Positions 41,748-52,803 are shown, numbered from the whole stretch's first letter. The stretch is 63,812 nt of DNA, filler included, from Ferroacidibacillus organovorans (GCF_001642725.1; 4 parts of 4 records of this genome joined end to end with filler, not necessarily neighbours in it), one strand, 5' to 3'. Program-made: numbers and translations. The notes: generated by a model from the letters alone, not told the origin.

Positions 41748-43655
41748 ATGTATGTCTACCTCTTTGCGCCAACCCTCCTTTTACTCGCGGTGATTCTCGG
41801 CTGGGGTCCAAAGCAAATCCCGCTGCGCGCGTTAGGATGGTTTCTCGGCGTTGATCTCCTCCTTTCCATCATCGATTATTTTGCGGGAATCTTCCCCCCC
41901 ATCAATGTGCCAACACTGCTCTATTTTCTTTTAGTGGCACTGCTCGTGCGCGGCGTGCGCATCCTGATTGAACGGTCCGCCGGCAAACTGATGAAAAATC
42001 GCACACTATTGATTGTCGGCGGCGGCATCCTGGCCTTGGTCATTTTGACCGTGTTCAGCTTCGGTGGTCTGCTAACGATAGGCATTTTGATCTTCTCACT
42101 CATGCAGAATCGAAAACCGCGCGGACCGCGCCCCATCTCTCAAGCGGGCGGCTTTGGTGCAACCTATGACCAGGCGCGCAAATCACTACAGAAGCTTGGA
42201 CCACTCTCGCTCCTTGTGACGGGAACTGCCGTGGCGCTTCTCTTGTCAGGCGTCATTGCGTCTGCCTCAACCACGCTCGCCGCAGGACTGACGTATGGTG
42301 AGCAAGTGAGTCTTGTCAAAGCCAAAACAACTGCGACGCTGCCGCCGATTCAGGTAGGCGATGTCCCAATTGTTGAAAAGGATAGCGCGAGTCTTGTCAT
42401 GGCAAACGCAATCGGAACGCTCGGCCCGCAGTATCACGTTTCGCTGCGCGGTCTCTCGCTCGTGCGGTATCAGGGGCAGCTCTATTGGACCTCGCCACTG
42501 GACTATAACAACGGTCTCATTTGGTTGACGCGCCACAGCACGCCGGGCTTCGTCCTCATGCAGGCAAACAATCCATCTGCCAAACCGCTTCTGTCACTCA
42601 ATGAACAGATTAACATTACACCCGCTGCCGGATTCTCGTGGAATTTGGGGCGCCTGCTCTATCAACATTTCCCAACGCTTATCATTGGAACGTCTGATTG
42701 GGAGATTGACCCATCTGGTAAGGGCTACTGGGTCACTTCCCTCTATGCGCCCGCTCCTGGCCTTGGCAGTCTCGTGACGCGCGTTCTCGTTGGATCCGCT
42801 TTGGTTGACCCGACGAGCGGACATATCACGTATTACGCTTTGGGTACACAGCCTGCATGGGTGAGTCAGGTTGTCGGGCCAAACTTTGCCCAGAGTGAAG
42901 CCGCGCGTTTTGGTTGGGATCGCGCAGGACTGATCGCGTCAACGTTTACGCACCAACTCGCGACAAAACCTGTACACGCCACACCGTATAACGTGCTTCT
43001 TGGAAACGGTGGACTCGGCTGGGAGATTCCCATGACGTCCCCAAATCCAGGTGACAATTCGCTATCTGGAATCATTCTGGTTAACGCAGAGACGAATGCA
43101 GTAACCTTCACTCCGTTTACAGGCCTTCAAAATGATCTCGCCATCTCACAGCGCATCGACGGCTCAACCCTCAACAGCACCCTCAGTTCTGGGCGTGCGC
43201 TGCTCTATAATGTCGCAGGCTCACTCGCCTACGTCGCACCCGTGGTCAATCAATCCGGGATTGTTCAACAGGTTGCCATCGTCGATCCCAAAAATGTCGC
43301 GCAACCGGTGATCGCATCCAATCTGATCGATGCACTTTCCGCGTGGCAAGCCTATCTCGCAGGGAATGGCCAAACCAATCCGCAATTGGCTTCAACGACG
43401 GTCAAAACGTCTGGCGTGGTAACGCGTGTTGCAACGCTCCTTCAGTCGAGCGGCGCAAACGCATCGACTGTCAAAGAGTACTGGTTGTTTCTCGTAAACG
43501 GTCAGGCTTATCGCGCGTCACAATCACTCGATCCGACGGTTGTTCCGTTTGTGCAACCAGGCGATCACGTCATTCTTGAGACAACGCGTGGCGCGACGAG
43601 CCCAGCCACACTCCTCTCGATTCGCGATCTCACATTGAGCGGTGCGCATCACTGA
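41748..43655 (+). CDS. Membrane protein with N-terminal TM bundle and large extracellular domain; function unknown
   Basis: Long ORF; hydrophobic N-terminus; LYWTSPLDY..W..TPGFV region. Confidence 0.75.
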   Translation: MYVYLFAPTLLLLAVILGWGPKQIPLRALGWFLGVDLLLSIIDYFAGIFPPINVPTLLYFLLVALLVRGVRILIERSAGKLMKNRTLLIVGGGILALVILTVFSFGGLLTIGILIFSLMQNRKPRGPRPISQAGGFGATYDQARKSLQKLGPLSLLVTGTAVALLLSGVIASASTTLAAGLTYGEQVSLVKAKTTATLPPIQVGDVPIVEKDSASLVMANAIGTLGPQYHVSLRGLSLVRYQGQLYWTSPLDYNNGLIWLTRHSTPGFVLMQANNPSAKPLLSLNEQINITPAAGFSWNLGRLLYQHFPTLIIGTSDWEIDPSGKGYWVTSLYAPAPGLGSLVTRVLVGSALVDPTSGHITYYALGTQPAWVSQVVGPNFAQSEAARFGWDRAGLIASTFTHQLATKPVHATPYNVLLGNGGLGWEIPMTSPNPGDNSLSGIILVNAETNAVTFTPFTGLQNDLAISQRIDGSTLNSTLSSGRALLYNVAGSLAYVAPVVNQSGIVQQVAIVDPKNVAQPVIASNLIDALSAWQAYLAGNGQTNPQLASTTVKTSGVVTRVATLLQSSGANASTVKEYWLFLVNGQAYRASQSLDPTVVPFVQPGDHVILETTRGATSPATLLSIRDLTLSGAHH

Positions 43656-43680
43656 GGATTGGGCATCCATAAATCAACGC

Positions 43681-43711
43681 AAAAAAGCGACCCTGACAAA
43701 GGGTCGCTTTT
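43681..43711. terminator. Bidirectional terminator
   Basis: AAAAAAGCGACCCT-GACAA-AGGGTCGCTTTT. Confidence 0.85.
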
Positions 43712-43723
43712 AAACATTCCATC

Positions 43724-46447
43724 CTAGGCTTTTTTCAGCAAGTTGCGAAGAACCATTTGCAGAATTCCGCCATTGCGGTAGTAATCGATCTCAATGGGGC
43801 TATCCAAGCGAACGGTCGCATCCACCACCTGAACACCGCCGTCTGGCGCGGTTACCCGCAACGTCACACGTTGTTGTGGCTTCACGTGATCATCGAGTCC
43901 TTGAATCTCGATGTACTCTTTTCCTGTAAGTCCAAGCGATTTCCACGACATTCCCTCGTCAAATTGAATAGGGAGGACGCCCATACCAACGAGGTTGCTG
44001 CGATGAATCCGTTCAAAGCTTTCCGCGATGACCGCCTTTACGCCAAGGAGATAGGTTCCTTTGGCCGCCCAGTCGCGCGAGCTTCCCGTGCCGTACTCTT
44101 TTCCCGCGAAAATAACGGTCGTTTGCTTTTCACCCTGATAATTCATCGCCGCGTCATAGATGGAGAGCGTTTCCCCCGTAGGAAGGTACTCCGTAAATCC
44201 GCCTTCTGTCCCTGGGATCATTTCATTGCGAATCCGCACATTCGCAAACGTTCCGCGCATCATAACTTCATGGTTGCCGCGACGCGAGCCATACGAGTTA
44301 AAGTTTTTGATCTCCACCCCTTTTTCTTGCAGGAACTGACCCGCTGGGCTTTTCGGGTTGATCGCTCCAGCCGGTGAGATGTGATCCGTTGTGACACTGT
44401 CGCCGAGCAGCGCGAGAATCCGTGCTCTTTCAATCGGCTTTATCTCAAGTTTTGCGTTTTCCAGATCCTCAAAGAAAGGCGGTTCCTGAATATAGGTGGA
44501 GTCTTTTTCAAAACTGTAGCGTTCGCCCGTCGGACTCGGCAATGCATTAAAGCGCGGATTGTTTTGCAACACATTTTCGTATTTCGCTTTAAAGATCGCT
44601 GGCGTGACAAGGCTTGCAATCGCGTCTTCCACTTCGCGCGAAGACGGCCAAACGTCCTTGAGGTATACAGGGTTCCCGTTCTGATCGAAACCGAGTGGGT
44701 CTTTTGTCAAATCGATGTCAAGCCGCCCCGTGAGGGCATACGCCACGACAAGTGGAGGCGACGCGAGATAGTTTGCCTTGACGAGCGGATGGATGCGCCC
44801 TTCAAAGTTGCGATTTCCTGAGAGCACCGCACCAACCGTCAACTCATGGTCGCGGATCGCCGCTTCAATCTCCGGGTTGAGCGGGCCACTGTTGCCGATG
44901 CACGTCGTACATCCATAGCCGACGACCTGAAAACCGAGCGTCTCAAGGTATGGCATATAACCGCCATCCTCTAAATACTGCGTAACGACGCGCGAGCCGG
45001 GGCCAAGGCTTGTCTTCACATGCGGTTGTCGACGCAGGCCTTTTTTCACCGCGTTTTTAGCGAGGATTCCAGCCGCGATCATGACCGACGGGTTCGATGT
45101 GTTCGTGCAACTCGTAATCGCCGCAATCACCAGCGAGCCTGCCCGAAGGGTTGCCGTTTGCCCGTCTGCCATCTGCACCGCCACAGACTCACTCGCCTTT
45201 TCCGGCGTGACACCAAAGCCGCCTTCCTTGACCGGCTTGTGCAGAATCTCTTCAAACTGTTGTTTGATCGCTGTCAGTTCTACGCGATCCTGTGGACGCT
45301 TTGGTCCCGCGAGCGAAGGGACGACCGTTGCGAGATCGAGTTCGACCACATCTGAAAAGATAGGATCTTCCATGTCATCTGTTCGGAAAAGACCTTGCGC
45401 TCGGGTATACGCTTCAACCGTTTCGATCAATTCTTCACTGCGACCGGTCGCGCGCAAGTACGAAAGCGTCTCCGCGTCAACAGGGAAAAAGCCCATCGTC
45501 GCACCATATTCTGGCGCCATGTTGGCGATCGTTGCGCGATCGGCGAGTGTCATCGAACTGAGACCAGGGCCAAAATATTCGACAAACTTTCCAACGACGC
45601 CCTTTTTGCGAAGGAGATTCGTTACCGTGAGCGCGAGATCGGTCGCCGTCGAACCCTCAGGAAGCTTCCCTGTCAACTTAAAGCCAACCACGTGCGGCGT
45701 CACAAAATAGAGCGGTTGACCGAGCATCCCGGCTTCCGCCTCAATTCCACCTACTCCCCACCCTAAAACGCCGAGCCCGTTGATCATCGTTGTGTGCGAG
45801 TCAGTCCCAACCAAGGAATCCGGATATGCAATCCATTCTCCATTCTCTTCACGAACTTGTACGACCGATGCGAGGTATTCGAGATTGACCTGATGAACAA
45901 TACCGGTGGAAGGGGGAACCGCGCGGAAATTTTGAAATGCTTTTGTTGCCCAGTGGAGAAATTTATAGCGCTCTTCATTTCTTTGAAACTCAAGCTCTTC
46001 ATTCGTTTCCAGCGCCTGCGCGTCTCCGAACCGATCCACCTGAACGGAGTGGTCAATAACGAGGTCGACCGGAACGAGTGGGTTGATCTTTTTGGGGTCT
46101 CCTCCGAGCCGATGCATCGCCTGACGCAATGCCGCGAGATCGACCACGACTGGAACACCAGTAAAATCCTGTAGTAGGATGCGTGCCGGCATAAAAGGCA
46201 CTTCTTTTGTTTCATCAGGGTTTTTCGCATTCCAATTGGCCAATTGTCGAATGTGATCCTCTGTGATGATGTAGCCGTCGTACTTGCGAAGAACGCTCTC
46301 TAATAAAACTTTCATAGAAAAGGGCAAACGTTTTATATCTGCAACACCTTGCTCGACGAGCGCTTCCAAACGATAGTAGGTCAGTGAGCGGTCACCGACT
46401 TGAAGTTCTTGCTTTGCGTGAAACGGGTCATTATGAGTTGTCACCAT
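43724..46447 (-). CDS. acnA: Aconitate hydratase A
   Basis: [50 protein letters not shown]. Confidence 0.98.
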   Translation of the reverse strand: MVTTHNDPFHAKQELQVGDRSLTYYRLEALVEQGVADIKRLPFSMKVLLESVLRKYDGYIITEDHIRQLANWNAKNPDETKEVPFMPARILLQDFTGVPVVVDLAALRQAMHRLGGDPKKINPLVPVDLVIDHSVQVDRFGDAQALETNEELEFQRNEERYKFLHWATKAFQNFRAVPPSTGIVHQVNLEYLASVVQVREENGEWIAYPDSLVGTDSHTTMINGLGVLGWGVGGIEAEAGMLGQPLYFVTPHVVGFKLTGKLPEGSTATDLALTVTNLLRKKGVVGKFVEYFGPGLSSMTLADRATIANMAPEYGATMGFFPVDAETLSYLRATGRSEELIETVEAYTRAQGLFRTDDMEDPIFSDVVELDLATVVPSLAGPKRPQDRVELTAIKQQFEEILHKPVKEGGFGVTPEKASESVAVQMADGQTATLRAGSLVIAAITSCTNTSNPSVMIAAGILAKNAVKKGLRRQPHVKTSLGPGSRVVTQYLEDGGYMPYLETLGFQVVGYGCTTCIGNSGPLNPEIEAAIRDHELTVGAVLSGNRNFEGRIHPLVKANYLASPPLVVAYALTGRLDIDLTKDPLGFDQNGNPVYLKDVWPSSREVEDAIASLVTPAIFKAKYENVLQNNPRFNALPSPTGERYSFEKDSTYIQEPPFFEDLENAKLEIKPIERARILALLGDSVTTDHISPAGAINPKSPAGQFLQEKGVEIKNFNSYGSRRGNHEVMMRGTFANVRIRNEMIPGTEGGFTEYLPTGETLSIYDAAMNYQGEKQTTVIFAGKEYGTGSSRDWAAKGTYLLGVKAVIAESFERIHRSNLVGMGVLPIQFDEGMSWKSLGLTGKEYIEIQGLDDHVKPQQRVTLRVTAPDGGVQVVDATVRLDSPIEIDYYRNGGILQMVLRNLLKKA

Positions 46448-46596
46448 TGAACCCTCACTTTATTGTTAATCAGAACGCGCAAAAGGTGCACGATCCAATC
46501 CTCTACATAAATTGGCATCGCGATCAACATGCTAACGTGTAGAGGTGACGCTGCGTATACGATCCTCTAGATTATACCACATGAATCGGGAGGGGA

Positions 46597-46788
46597 TTGT
46601 CCGTGTTAAGCGAGCATGCAACTTCCAAGACAACGCTTCATGACGTGTATACACAAGATGTTCACGAGGACATCGAAGAGGGGATCCATCGCATGATGGA
46701 TGAGGGTGGAGGCGTCGTTGATCAGAACTTTCCGGCCGGCGCGCCGATTCTACGCAATGACCTCGTAGCATCAAGTGAGGATGCATAG
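46597..46788 (+). CDS. Small acidic hypothetical protein
   Basis: GGGAGG RBS, RMMDEGGG motif, followed by a terminator hairpin. Confidence 0.55.
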   Translation: MSVLSEHATSKTTLHDVYTQDVHEDIEEGIHRMMDEGGGVVDQNFPAGAPILRNDLVASSEDA

Positions 46789-46806
46789 TCGCTTAGATCG
46801 TCCCTT

Positions 46807-46842
46807 AGCGAGGGCATTCATGTGGATGCCCTCGCTCTATTT
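46807..46842 (+). terminator. Rho-independent terminator
   Basis: AGCGAGGGCAT...ATGCCCTCGCT then CTATTTT. Confidence 0.7.
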
Positions 46843-46859
46843 TGCAAAAACGTACCACT

Positions 46860-47201
46860 CTAGATGTTATCTGGTTTTTTGAAAAAGGATTGAAATTTTT
46901 GTGCCAAAAATGGGTCGCCTTCAATTTTTAATTTCCCTGTCATAAACAAGGTCATCGGATTCGCCTTTCCCATGGCAACCTTGACAAAATCGTCAGAACT
47001 CATCCGCACAATTGCTTGAACACGGCCGTCATCTCTGCCTTCACATACGTCGAGCGCACCGTCTTGAACGCTTAGTGTCCACGAAGAAGCGTCGTGTCCA
47101 GACAACTCATATACAATTTTCGCGTTTACCCCTTTTGCGGCACTCGGGTCAAACTGTGTTTTCATTCCCGCAAAAATCGTGCGTGCGTCGATGGTTTCCA
47201 T
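46860..47201 (-). CDS. SCP2 sterol/lipid-binding domain protein
   Basis: NPMTLFMTGKLKIEGD motif. Confidence 0.88.
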   Translation of the reverse strand: METIDARTIFAGMKTQFDPSAAKGVNAKIVYELSGHDASSWTLSVQDGALDVCEGRDDGRVQAIVRMSSDDFVKVAMGKANPMTLFMTGKLKIEGDPFLAQKFQSFFKKPDNI

Positions 47202-47324
47202 AAAAGCGCCCCTCTATGACAACGTTTTAGCTTCTCGCTGCAGCCAAGTCCTCCAGGCGCTTCTCGCACCCCACGTGAAACCATTACCGAGATCTTTCGT
47301 ATACCTAATCATGGAGGTGGCGAA

Positions 47325-47531
47325 ATGTCACTCGTCGTACGCGGTATTGTTTTTGTCTTTCTCATCTGGATCGGCATCGTTCTCGTTGGCGCCGTGTTAT
47401 CCATTCTCTTCAAAATCGCATTCATTCTTTTTCTCGCAGCGCTTGCCTATACATTATGGCATTCCACGCTCGAACATGCGCGGATGCGGCGTGAGGAGCG
47501 CCGCAAGAAATGGAATATCATGCGCAGGTAA
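47325..47531 (+). CDS. Small membrane protein
   Basis: GGAGGTG RBS; two hydrophobic helices and a basic tail. Confidence 0.65.
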   Translation: MSLVVRGIVFVFLIWIGIVLVGAVLSILFKIAFILFLAALAYTLWHSTLEHARMRREERRKKWNIMRR

Positions 47532-47535
47532 TTCG

Positions 47536-48207
47536 CTACGGTCGCGGTCGCGGTAATACCAATGAATAGGTTTCTTCGACGGCACAAATTTCTCGCTCAA
47601 ATGCAGACCGATCCGTCGCGACGGTGCGAATCCACTCTGGACTAGAAAAACGTTTCAAAATCGGCCCTGGGGCAATGCCCTGACGTAACAAAACGGCCCG
47701 CACATCGCGTTGCCACTCCGCGAGCGCTTCGATGATCTCTGGCAATTCCTGTTTCAACCAGTCGCGAATCCCCGCCGAAAGCGCTGGACTAGCGCCTGAG
47801 GTCGACACCTCAATGCGGATCATTCCTGCACGCATTGAGGCGGGAAAAACGATGTCTCCACGCAGCGGATCGTCTGCGCGCGCGCACAAAATGCCGAGCG
47901 CTTTTGCTTGCGTCGCGATTTGCTCATTCACTGTGTGATCCGATGTGGCAATGACCACAAGATCAATTTCGCTGAACAAATCTCCCTTTACAAAGCGGCG
48001 CATCTTCCATACGATGTGACCCGTCTGCCATAAACGGTAAAGATCTGATGTCAGATTGGGACTGACGAGTTCAGGGACAGCCCCTGAATCCACCAGTTTC
48101 TTGACGCGTCTCTCCGCCACACGCCCGCCTCCGATGACGAGAACGCGTTTTTTCGCCACATGATAAAAGAATCCCAACCATGAATCCATTGGATTGTCGG
48201 TCTCCAT
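47536..48207 (-). CDS. Precorrin-2 dehydrogenase/sirohydrochlorin ferrochelatase (SirC/CysG N-terminal family)
   Basis: VLVIGGGRVAERR, IATSD..VN, STSGASPALS. Confidence 0.88.
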   Translation of the reverse strand: METDNPMDSWLGFFYHVAKKRVLVIGGGRVAERRVKKLVDSGAVPELVSPNLTSDLYRLWQTGHIVWKMRRFVKGDLFSEIDLVVIATSDHTVNEQIATQAKALGILCARADDPLRGDIVFPASMRAGMIRIEVSTSGASPALSAGIRDWLKQELPEIIEALAEWQRDVRAVLLRQGIAPGPILKRFSSPEWIRTVATDRSAFEREICAVEETYSLVLPRPRP

Positions 48208-48222
48208 CTGACGATCCCCCGA

Positions 48223-49497
48223 TTAACCGATGAGATGTTGCACCTTGTGAACGACTGCATCGACAATCTTGCGCGAACCTTGGTGTGCAGAACGCATCAA
48301 ATTTCTCCACGCTTCTGTAAGGAAGGATGCTTTTGGATCATTTTGTGCCGCATAAACTGGCACCTTTGACACGACCGTGCGATTGACGATCACAAGTGCA
48401 TCACCCACCTGCTGCCCTTTGGCAATGGGCGCTTTTTGCGTCAACGTCGAGAGTTGCATCGATACCTTATCATGATGCATGGCAAGCGCTGTAATCGGTT
48501 GATGGGTAACGACAGGAAGCGTTTGATTGGCGCCACCTGACACAGTGACCATCTGTGCGAGAGGCGTATTTTCCGCATTCAGCGAGAGGCGATGAAAGTT
48601 CTGAAAGCCAAAGTCGAGCAGCGCAGCCGTATCTTGGAAAACGTTTGGAAAAGATGAGTCGCCGAGCACAATGCTGATCAAATGATGCCCGTTGCGGACT
48701 GCCGTGCCGACAAAGCAATACCCTGCCTGAGACGTCGAACCGGTCTTTAACCCGTTGAGCCCTTGATATTGACCAAGCAATTGGTCGTAAGTGTGGCCAT
48801 AATTTCCTGGAGAAATATCCATCCCTGGCATCGATGCATACGTTAATACGACAGGATATTTTGTTATCAAATAGCGGGTGAGAATACCGATATCGTGCGC
48901 AGTCGTAACCTGCTTTGAATTCTGTAAACCCGACGCGTTTGTATAATGCGTGTGTGTCATGTGAAGCTTTGCCGCTTCGCGGTTCATCATTTGAGCAAAC
49001 GCAGACTCACTTCCTCCGATCGCGTCAGCCACCGCCACCGCCGCGTCATCCGCTGAAACAACGTACATCAGCTCCAGCATCCTTTGTAGTGAAACACGCT
49101 GGGATGGATCGAGATACGCGACAGAAAGTCCCGGCGTCTGCGCCACTTTGTAGGCCGCTTGACTGACAGGAATAATTGAGTGAAGCGTGAGTTGACCTTT
49201 TTTCACTTGCTCAAGCGCGATGAGCGATGTCATCAATTTTACGATACTCGCTGGATAGCGCATCGTTGCTGCCTGTTTCGCATAGAGAATCTGACCTGTC
49301 GTCGCGTCAATCAGTTCTGCGGAGGGCGCCGCGAGAGGCACTTGTGAAACGCGATAGTTGTCTGTGTTGGTGATGAGCGTTGACGATCCTTGAGTGGAGT
49401 TTTGGGGTTTACCCGTTTCTGCAAGCGCAACGATACTTCCTGCTGCCACGATGACGACACTGAGTGCAATCGCAATCGTTTGACGCACCTTACCCAA
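48223..49497 (-). CDS. D-alanyl-D-alanine carboxypeptidase (S11 family)
   Basis: PASIVK, NASGL, GLKTG, PBP5_C-like tail; SxN motif reads SAD. Confidence 0.88.
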   Translation of the reverse strand: MGKVRQTIAIALSVVIVAAGSIVALAETGKPQNSTQGSSTLITNTDNYRVSQVPLAAPSAELIDATTGQILYAKQAATMRYPASIVKLMTSLIALEQVKKGQLTLHSIIPVSQAAYKVAQTPGLSVAYLDPSQRVSLQRMLELMYVVSADDAAVAVADAIGGSESAFAQMMNREAAKLHMTHTHYTNASGLQNSKQVTTAHDIGILTRYLITKYPVVLTYASMPGMDISPGNYGHTYDQLLGQYQGLNGLKTGSTSQAGYCFVGTAVRNGHHLISIVLGDSSFPNVFQDTAALLDFGFQNFHRLSLNAENTPLAQMVTVSGGANQTLPVVTHQPITALAMHHDKVSMQLSTLTQKAPIAKGQQVGDALVIVNRTVVSKVPVYAAQNDPKASFLTEAWRNLMRSAHQGSRKIVDAVVHKVQHLIG

Positions 49498-49543
49498 TCC
49501 AATAACCTCCCACATTCCATAGCAAAACCATAACCTGTTTTCA

Positions 49544-50479
49544 TCAAGACAAACTTAGCTGAAGCTTTTGATCCATCCACTCCGTGATATCTCTCGTGAC
49601 CTGGTCACAATTGAGTTCATGGAGAAGTTCGTGACGCGCGTCTTTGTACAGCCGCACATCTACGCACTTGAGTCCGTAGCGTTTATAGTTCCGCGCTAAT
49701 TGCGTGACACCTTTTCCCATCTCGCCCACCGGATCCCTGTCCCCAGAGATCATGAGGATCGGTAAGTCTTTCGGAATTCTCACAAGGTTTTCGGGGGTGT
49801 GTGTCGCAAAGAGCCATGAAAGCATGGCGAGAAATGACCCCGCGCAAAGTGTCTTTCCACATTGTGGATCGGCCACATAGCGATCGACTTCATCTCGATC
49901 ACGCGACAACCAGTCATACCCCGTTCGATTGGGCCGGAATGCACGATTGTAACTTCCAAACGATAACCTTTCCAAGATGCCGCTCTGGTAGTGCGCACCA
50001 TGCCGCTTTATCTCACGTTTGGCAATCATCTTGCCAAGCTGAAGGAGCGCGCGCGGAGGTCCCGTCGTTCCCGATAAAATGACCGCTTGAAAAAGGGACG
50101 GATCGCGGTATAGTGCACCTTTGGCCAACATCGACCCCATGGAGTGCGCAAATAAGAATAGCGGAAGTTCCGGATTTGAACGCTTTATTTCCAACGCAAT
50201 AGACCGAAGGTCCTCATAGGCTGTTTCAAAGCCGTCGTTTCCCATATCGCCTAATTCATCAACACTGCGCGCCGTGCGGCCGTGACCGCGAAGATCATAC
50301 GCAACACCCGCGTATAAAGAATCCGTCAACGCATTGGCAAATCGATGGTAACGTTCTGAAGATTCACCCATGCCATGCACGATCAGCACAGAAGCTTTTG
50401 GCCGCTCCTCATGCGGTTCGAACTGAAAGCCGCGCAGCATAACATCCCCACGCATCCATTCAAACTCGCGACGGATCAT
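49544..50479 (-). CDS. Alpha/beta hydrolase (lysophospholipase-like)
   Basis: VHGMGE, DLRGHG, AHSMG, GDRDPV, RHELLHE. Confidence 0.88.
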   Translation of the reverse strand: MIRREFEWMRGDVMLRGFQFEPHEERPKASVLIVHGMGESSERYHRFANALTDSLYAGVAYDLRGHGRTARSVDELGDMGNDGFETAYEDLRSIALEIKRSNPELPLFLFAHSMGSMLAKGALYRDPSLFQAVILSGTTGPPRALLQLGKMIAKREIKRHGAHYQSGILERLSFGSYNRAFRPNRTGYDWLSRDRDEVDRYVADPQCGKTLCAGSFLAMLSWLFATHTPENLVRIPKDLPILMISGDRDPVGEMGKGVTQLARNYKRYGLKCVDVRLYKDARHELLHELNCDQVTRDITEWMDQKLQLSLS

Positions 50480-50662
50480 GAGGCATCACCCCTTCTCGCC
50501 CAATCGATTGACAAGGTATCCTCAATCTAACATGAAGATCTGCGAACAACAAGAATCCACAGCACATCCTTGGCGAGAAAATACCATGCAGCTTGAATGT
50601 TTTTCTATTTTAGCGTATCTTAAATATGATTGCATATCGCAATCACATGTGCTTTCAATCAT

Positions 50663-50739
50663 GTCTCAGTAGCTCAGTTGGATAGAGCAACAGCCTTCTA
50701 AGCTGTGGGTCGGGGGTTCGAGTCCCTCCTGAGACGCCA
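50663..50739 (+). tRNA. tRNA-Arg(TCT)
   Basis: Cloverleaf; anticodon arm ACAGC-CTTCTAA-GCTGT; CCA end. Confidence 0.95.
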
Positions 50740-50771
50740 AAAATCCTCGTGTCGGCGACACGGGGATTTTT
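50740..50771 (+). terminator. Terminator after tRNA-Arg
   Basis: AAAATCCTCGTGTC-GGC-GACACGGGGATTTTT. Confidence 0.8.
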
Positions 50772-50947
50772 CCTTTCTAGCACATCCCCTTGCAACGCTG
50801 CACAGAGAAAAGCACCCCCAAAAATGTGTGTAATGCCTCTACAAATCGTCCATACCTGCATCGTCAGCCTGTCATACCTTACTTCGAGACGGTTTATCTT
50901 TGACTAAAAAACATCTGGAGTCCCCCGTCTTCAAGGAGAGAAATGAA

Positions 50948-52006
50948 TTGAAAGGATTGCTGCTTTCTGGTGGAACAGGCACACGACTACGCCCTCTGAC
51001 CTATTCAGGCCCTAAACAACTTTTACCTGTTGCCAATAAACCGATTCTGTTCTATGCCATCGAAAATTTGCGGCAGGCCGGCATCACGGATCTGGGAGTC
51101 ATCGTGGGCGAAAATGCGCGCCATGTGAAAGAGCGCTTAAAGGATGGACATGAATTAGGCGTCCAAATCTCCTACATCACACAAAAACAGCCCCTCGGTT
51201 TAGCTCACGCTGTAAAAACTGCGTCCTCTTTTTTACAAAATCAGTCCTTTGTCATGATCCTTGGCGATACCCTACTCGATCAAGGAATTTGCAGCTTTGT
51301 CGATCACTATCAAGCAGTCAACCCGGTTGCGGCCGTTCTTGTGAGTCGCGTCAAAGAACCTGAACACTACGGCGTGGTGCGCGTCGAGAACCAGCGTGTC
51401 GTGCAACTTATTGAAAAACCAAAATCATTCATCAGCGATTTGGCGCTCACTGGCATCTATGCATTTTCTCCCCGCATACACGAAGCGATTGAATCGATTA
51501 CTCCTTCCGCCCGCGGTGAATTAGAAATTACCGATGCATTGCAATGGCTTGTCACACAAAATGAAGAGGTTATTTTTCAAATCCACCCCGGATGGTGGAA
51601 GGATACAGGGAGACCGGCCGACTTGCTTGAAGCCAATCGACTCTTGCTTCACGACCAAAAACCGTGTCTTGAAGGGTACGCAGATCCCTTCACACGCGTT
51701 ACTGGGAATGTGCGGATCGAACGCGGCGCGCGAATCACTCATAGCACATTGATCGGTCCACTTGTCATTGGCCGCAACGCGCACATTGAAGATGCGGTCA
51801 TAGGCCCTTATACAACCATCGGCCACGAAGCGAACATAAAGCGAGCAGAACTGGCAGATAGCATTTTACTTGATCGCTGTCAGATTGATGGCCCGATTCG
51901 CCTCTCGCGCTCTCTCATCGGCCGTGAAACGGTCATCCATAAAACCAAGTATGAGGCGGGGTGGATTCACTTGATTCTCGGGGATACATCTCGCTGCGAT
52001 CTGTGA
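50948..52006 (+). CDS. Glucose-1-phosphate thymidylyltransferase, long form
   Basis: LSGGTGTRLRPLT..PKQL, PSARGELEITDA, WWKDTG, C-terminal hexapeptide region. Confidence 0.92.
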   Translation: MKGLLLSGGTGTRLRPLTYSGPKQLLPVANKPILFYAIENLRQAGITDLGVIVGENARHVKERLKDGHELGVQISYITQKQPLGLAHAVKTASSFLQNQSFVMILGDTLLDQGICSFVDHYQAVNPVAAVLVSRVKEPEHYGVVRVENQRVVQLIEKPKSFISDLALTGIYAFSPRIHEAIESITPSARGELEITDALQWLVTQNEEVIFQIHPGWWKDTGRPADLLEANRLLLHDQKPCLEGYADPFTRVTGNVRIERGARITHSTLIGPLVIGRNAHIEDAVIGPYTTIGHEANIKRAELADSILLDRCQIDGPIRLSRSLIGRETVIHKTKYEAGWIHLILGDTSRCDL

Positions 52007-52030
52007 CATTGAGCTTTCGTAGAGAGGAGC

Positions 52031-52786
52031 ATGACGCACGTGAACTCCCTTGTGGATATTGTGATTGTAAATTACAACACAAAAAATCTACTTCTTACGT
52101 GTCTTGAAAGCATTCATAAACACACCAAAGAGTCTCACCACATCTACATCATTGACAACGGAAGCACAGATGGCTCTGTCGAACGCTTGGCGCGAATGGG
52201 TCGAGATCATTTGGATGTCATTTCCAACCCCCGAAATACCGGGTATGCGGTCGCATGCAATCAAGGCATTCGCGCAGGTCAAAGTCCTTTTATCCTCTTG
52301 CTTAACAGTGACGTGATTGTCACGCGCAACTGGTTGACCCCGTTGTTGGATTGTATGGTGACAGATTCTCGGATCGCTGTGGTCGGACCAAAAATGGTGA
52401 ATCAAAAAGGATTGATCACGGGAGCCGGCATTGTAGGAACGTTTCAGAATCACGCCCCCAGAGGATTTATGGAAGCCGATGGTCCGGGAAAATATGAGAC
52501 GGTGGAAGATTGTTTCAGTGTTTGTGGAGCAGCCTATCTCATTCGCCGATCTCTCCTGGATACGCTCGGTCTGTTTGATGAGAACTACTTTTTTTATTTC
52601 GAGGAAACGGATTACTCACTCAACGCTCGCTACAAAGGCTACCGCGTCGTCTATTGTCCGAATTCAAAAATTATTCATCTGACGGGACAAAGCAATAAAA
52701 ACCACGAACAGCTTCGCACTTACTTTGAAACGAGCGAACACTATTTCCGAACCAAGTGGTCTCATCTCACTTCATCAGAAATTTAG
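52031..52786 (+). CDS. Glycosyltransferase family 2
   Basis: IVIVNYN, IDNGSTDGS, LLNSD, FEETD. Confidence 0.9.
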   Translation: MTHVNSLVDIVIVNYNTKNLLLTCLESIHKHTKESHHIYIIDNGSTDGSVERLARMGRDHLDVISNPRNTGYAVACNQGIRAGQSPFILLLNSDVIVTRNWLTPLLDCMVTDSRIAVVGPKMVNQKGLITGAGIVGTFQNHAPRGFMEADGPGKYETVEDCFSVCGAAYLIRRSLLDTLGLFDENYFFYFEETDYSLNARYKGYRVVYCPNSKIIHLTGQSNKNHEQLRTYFETSEHYFRTKWSHLTSSEI

Positions 52787-52803
52787 AGAAAGGCGTGACA
52801 TTC

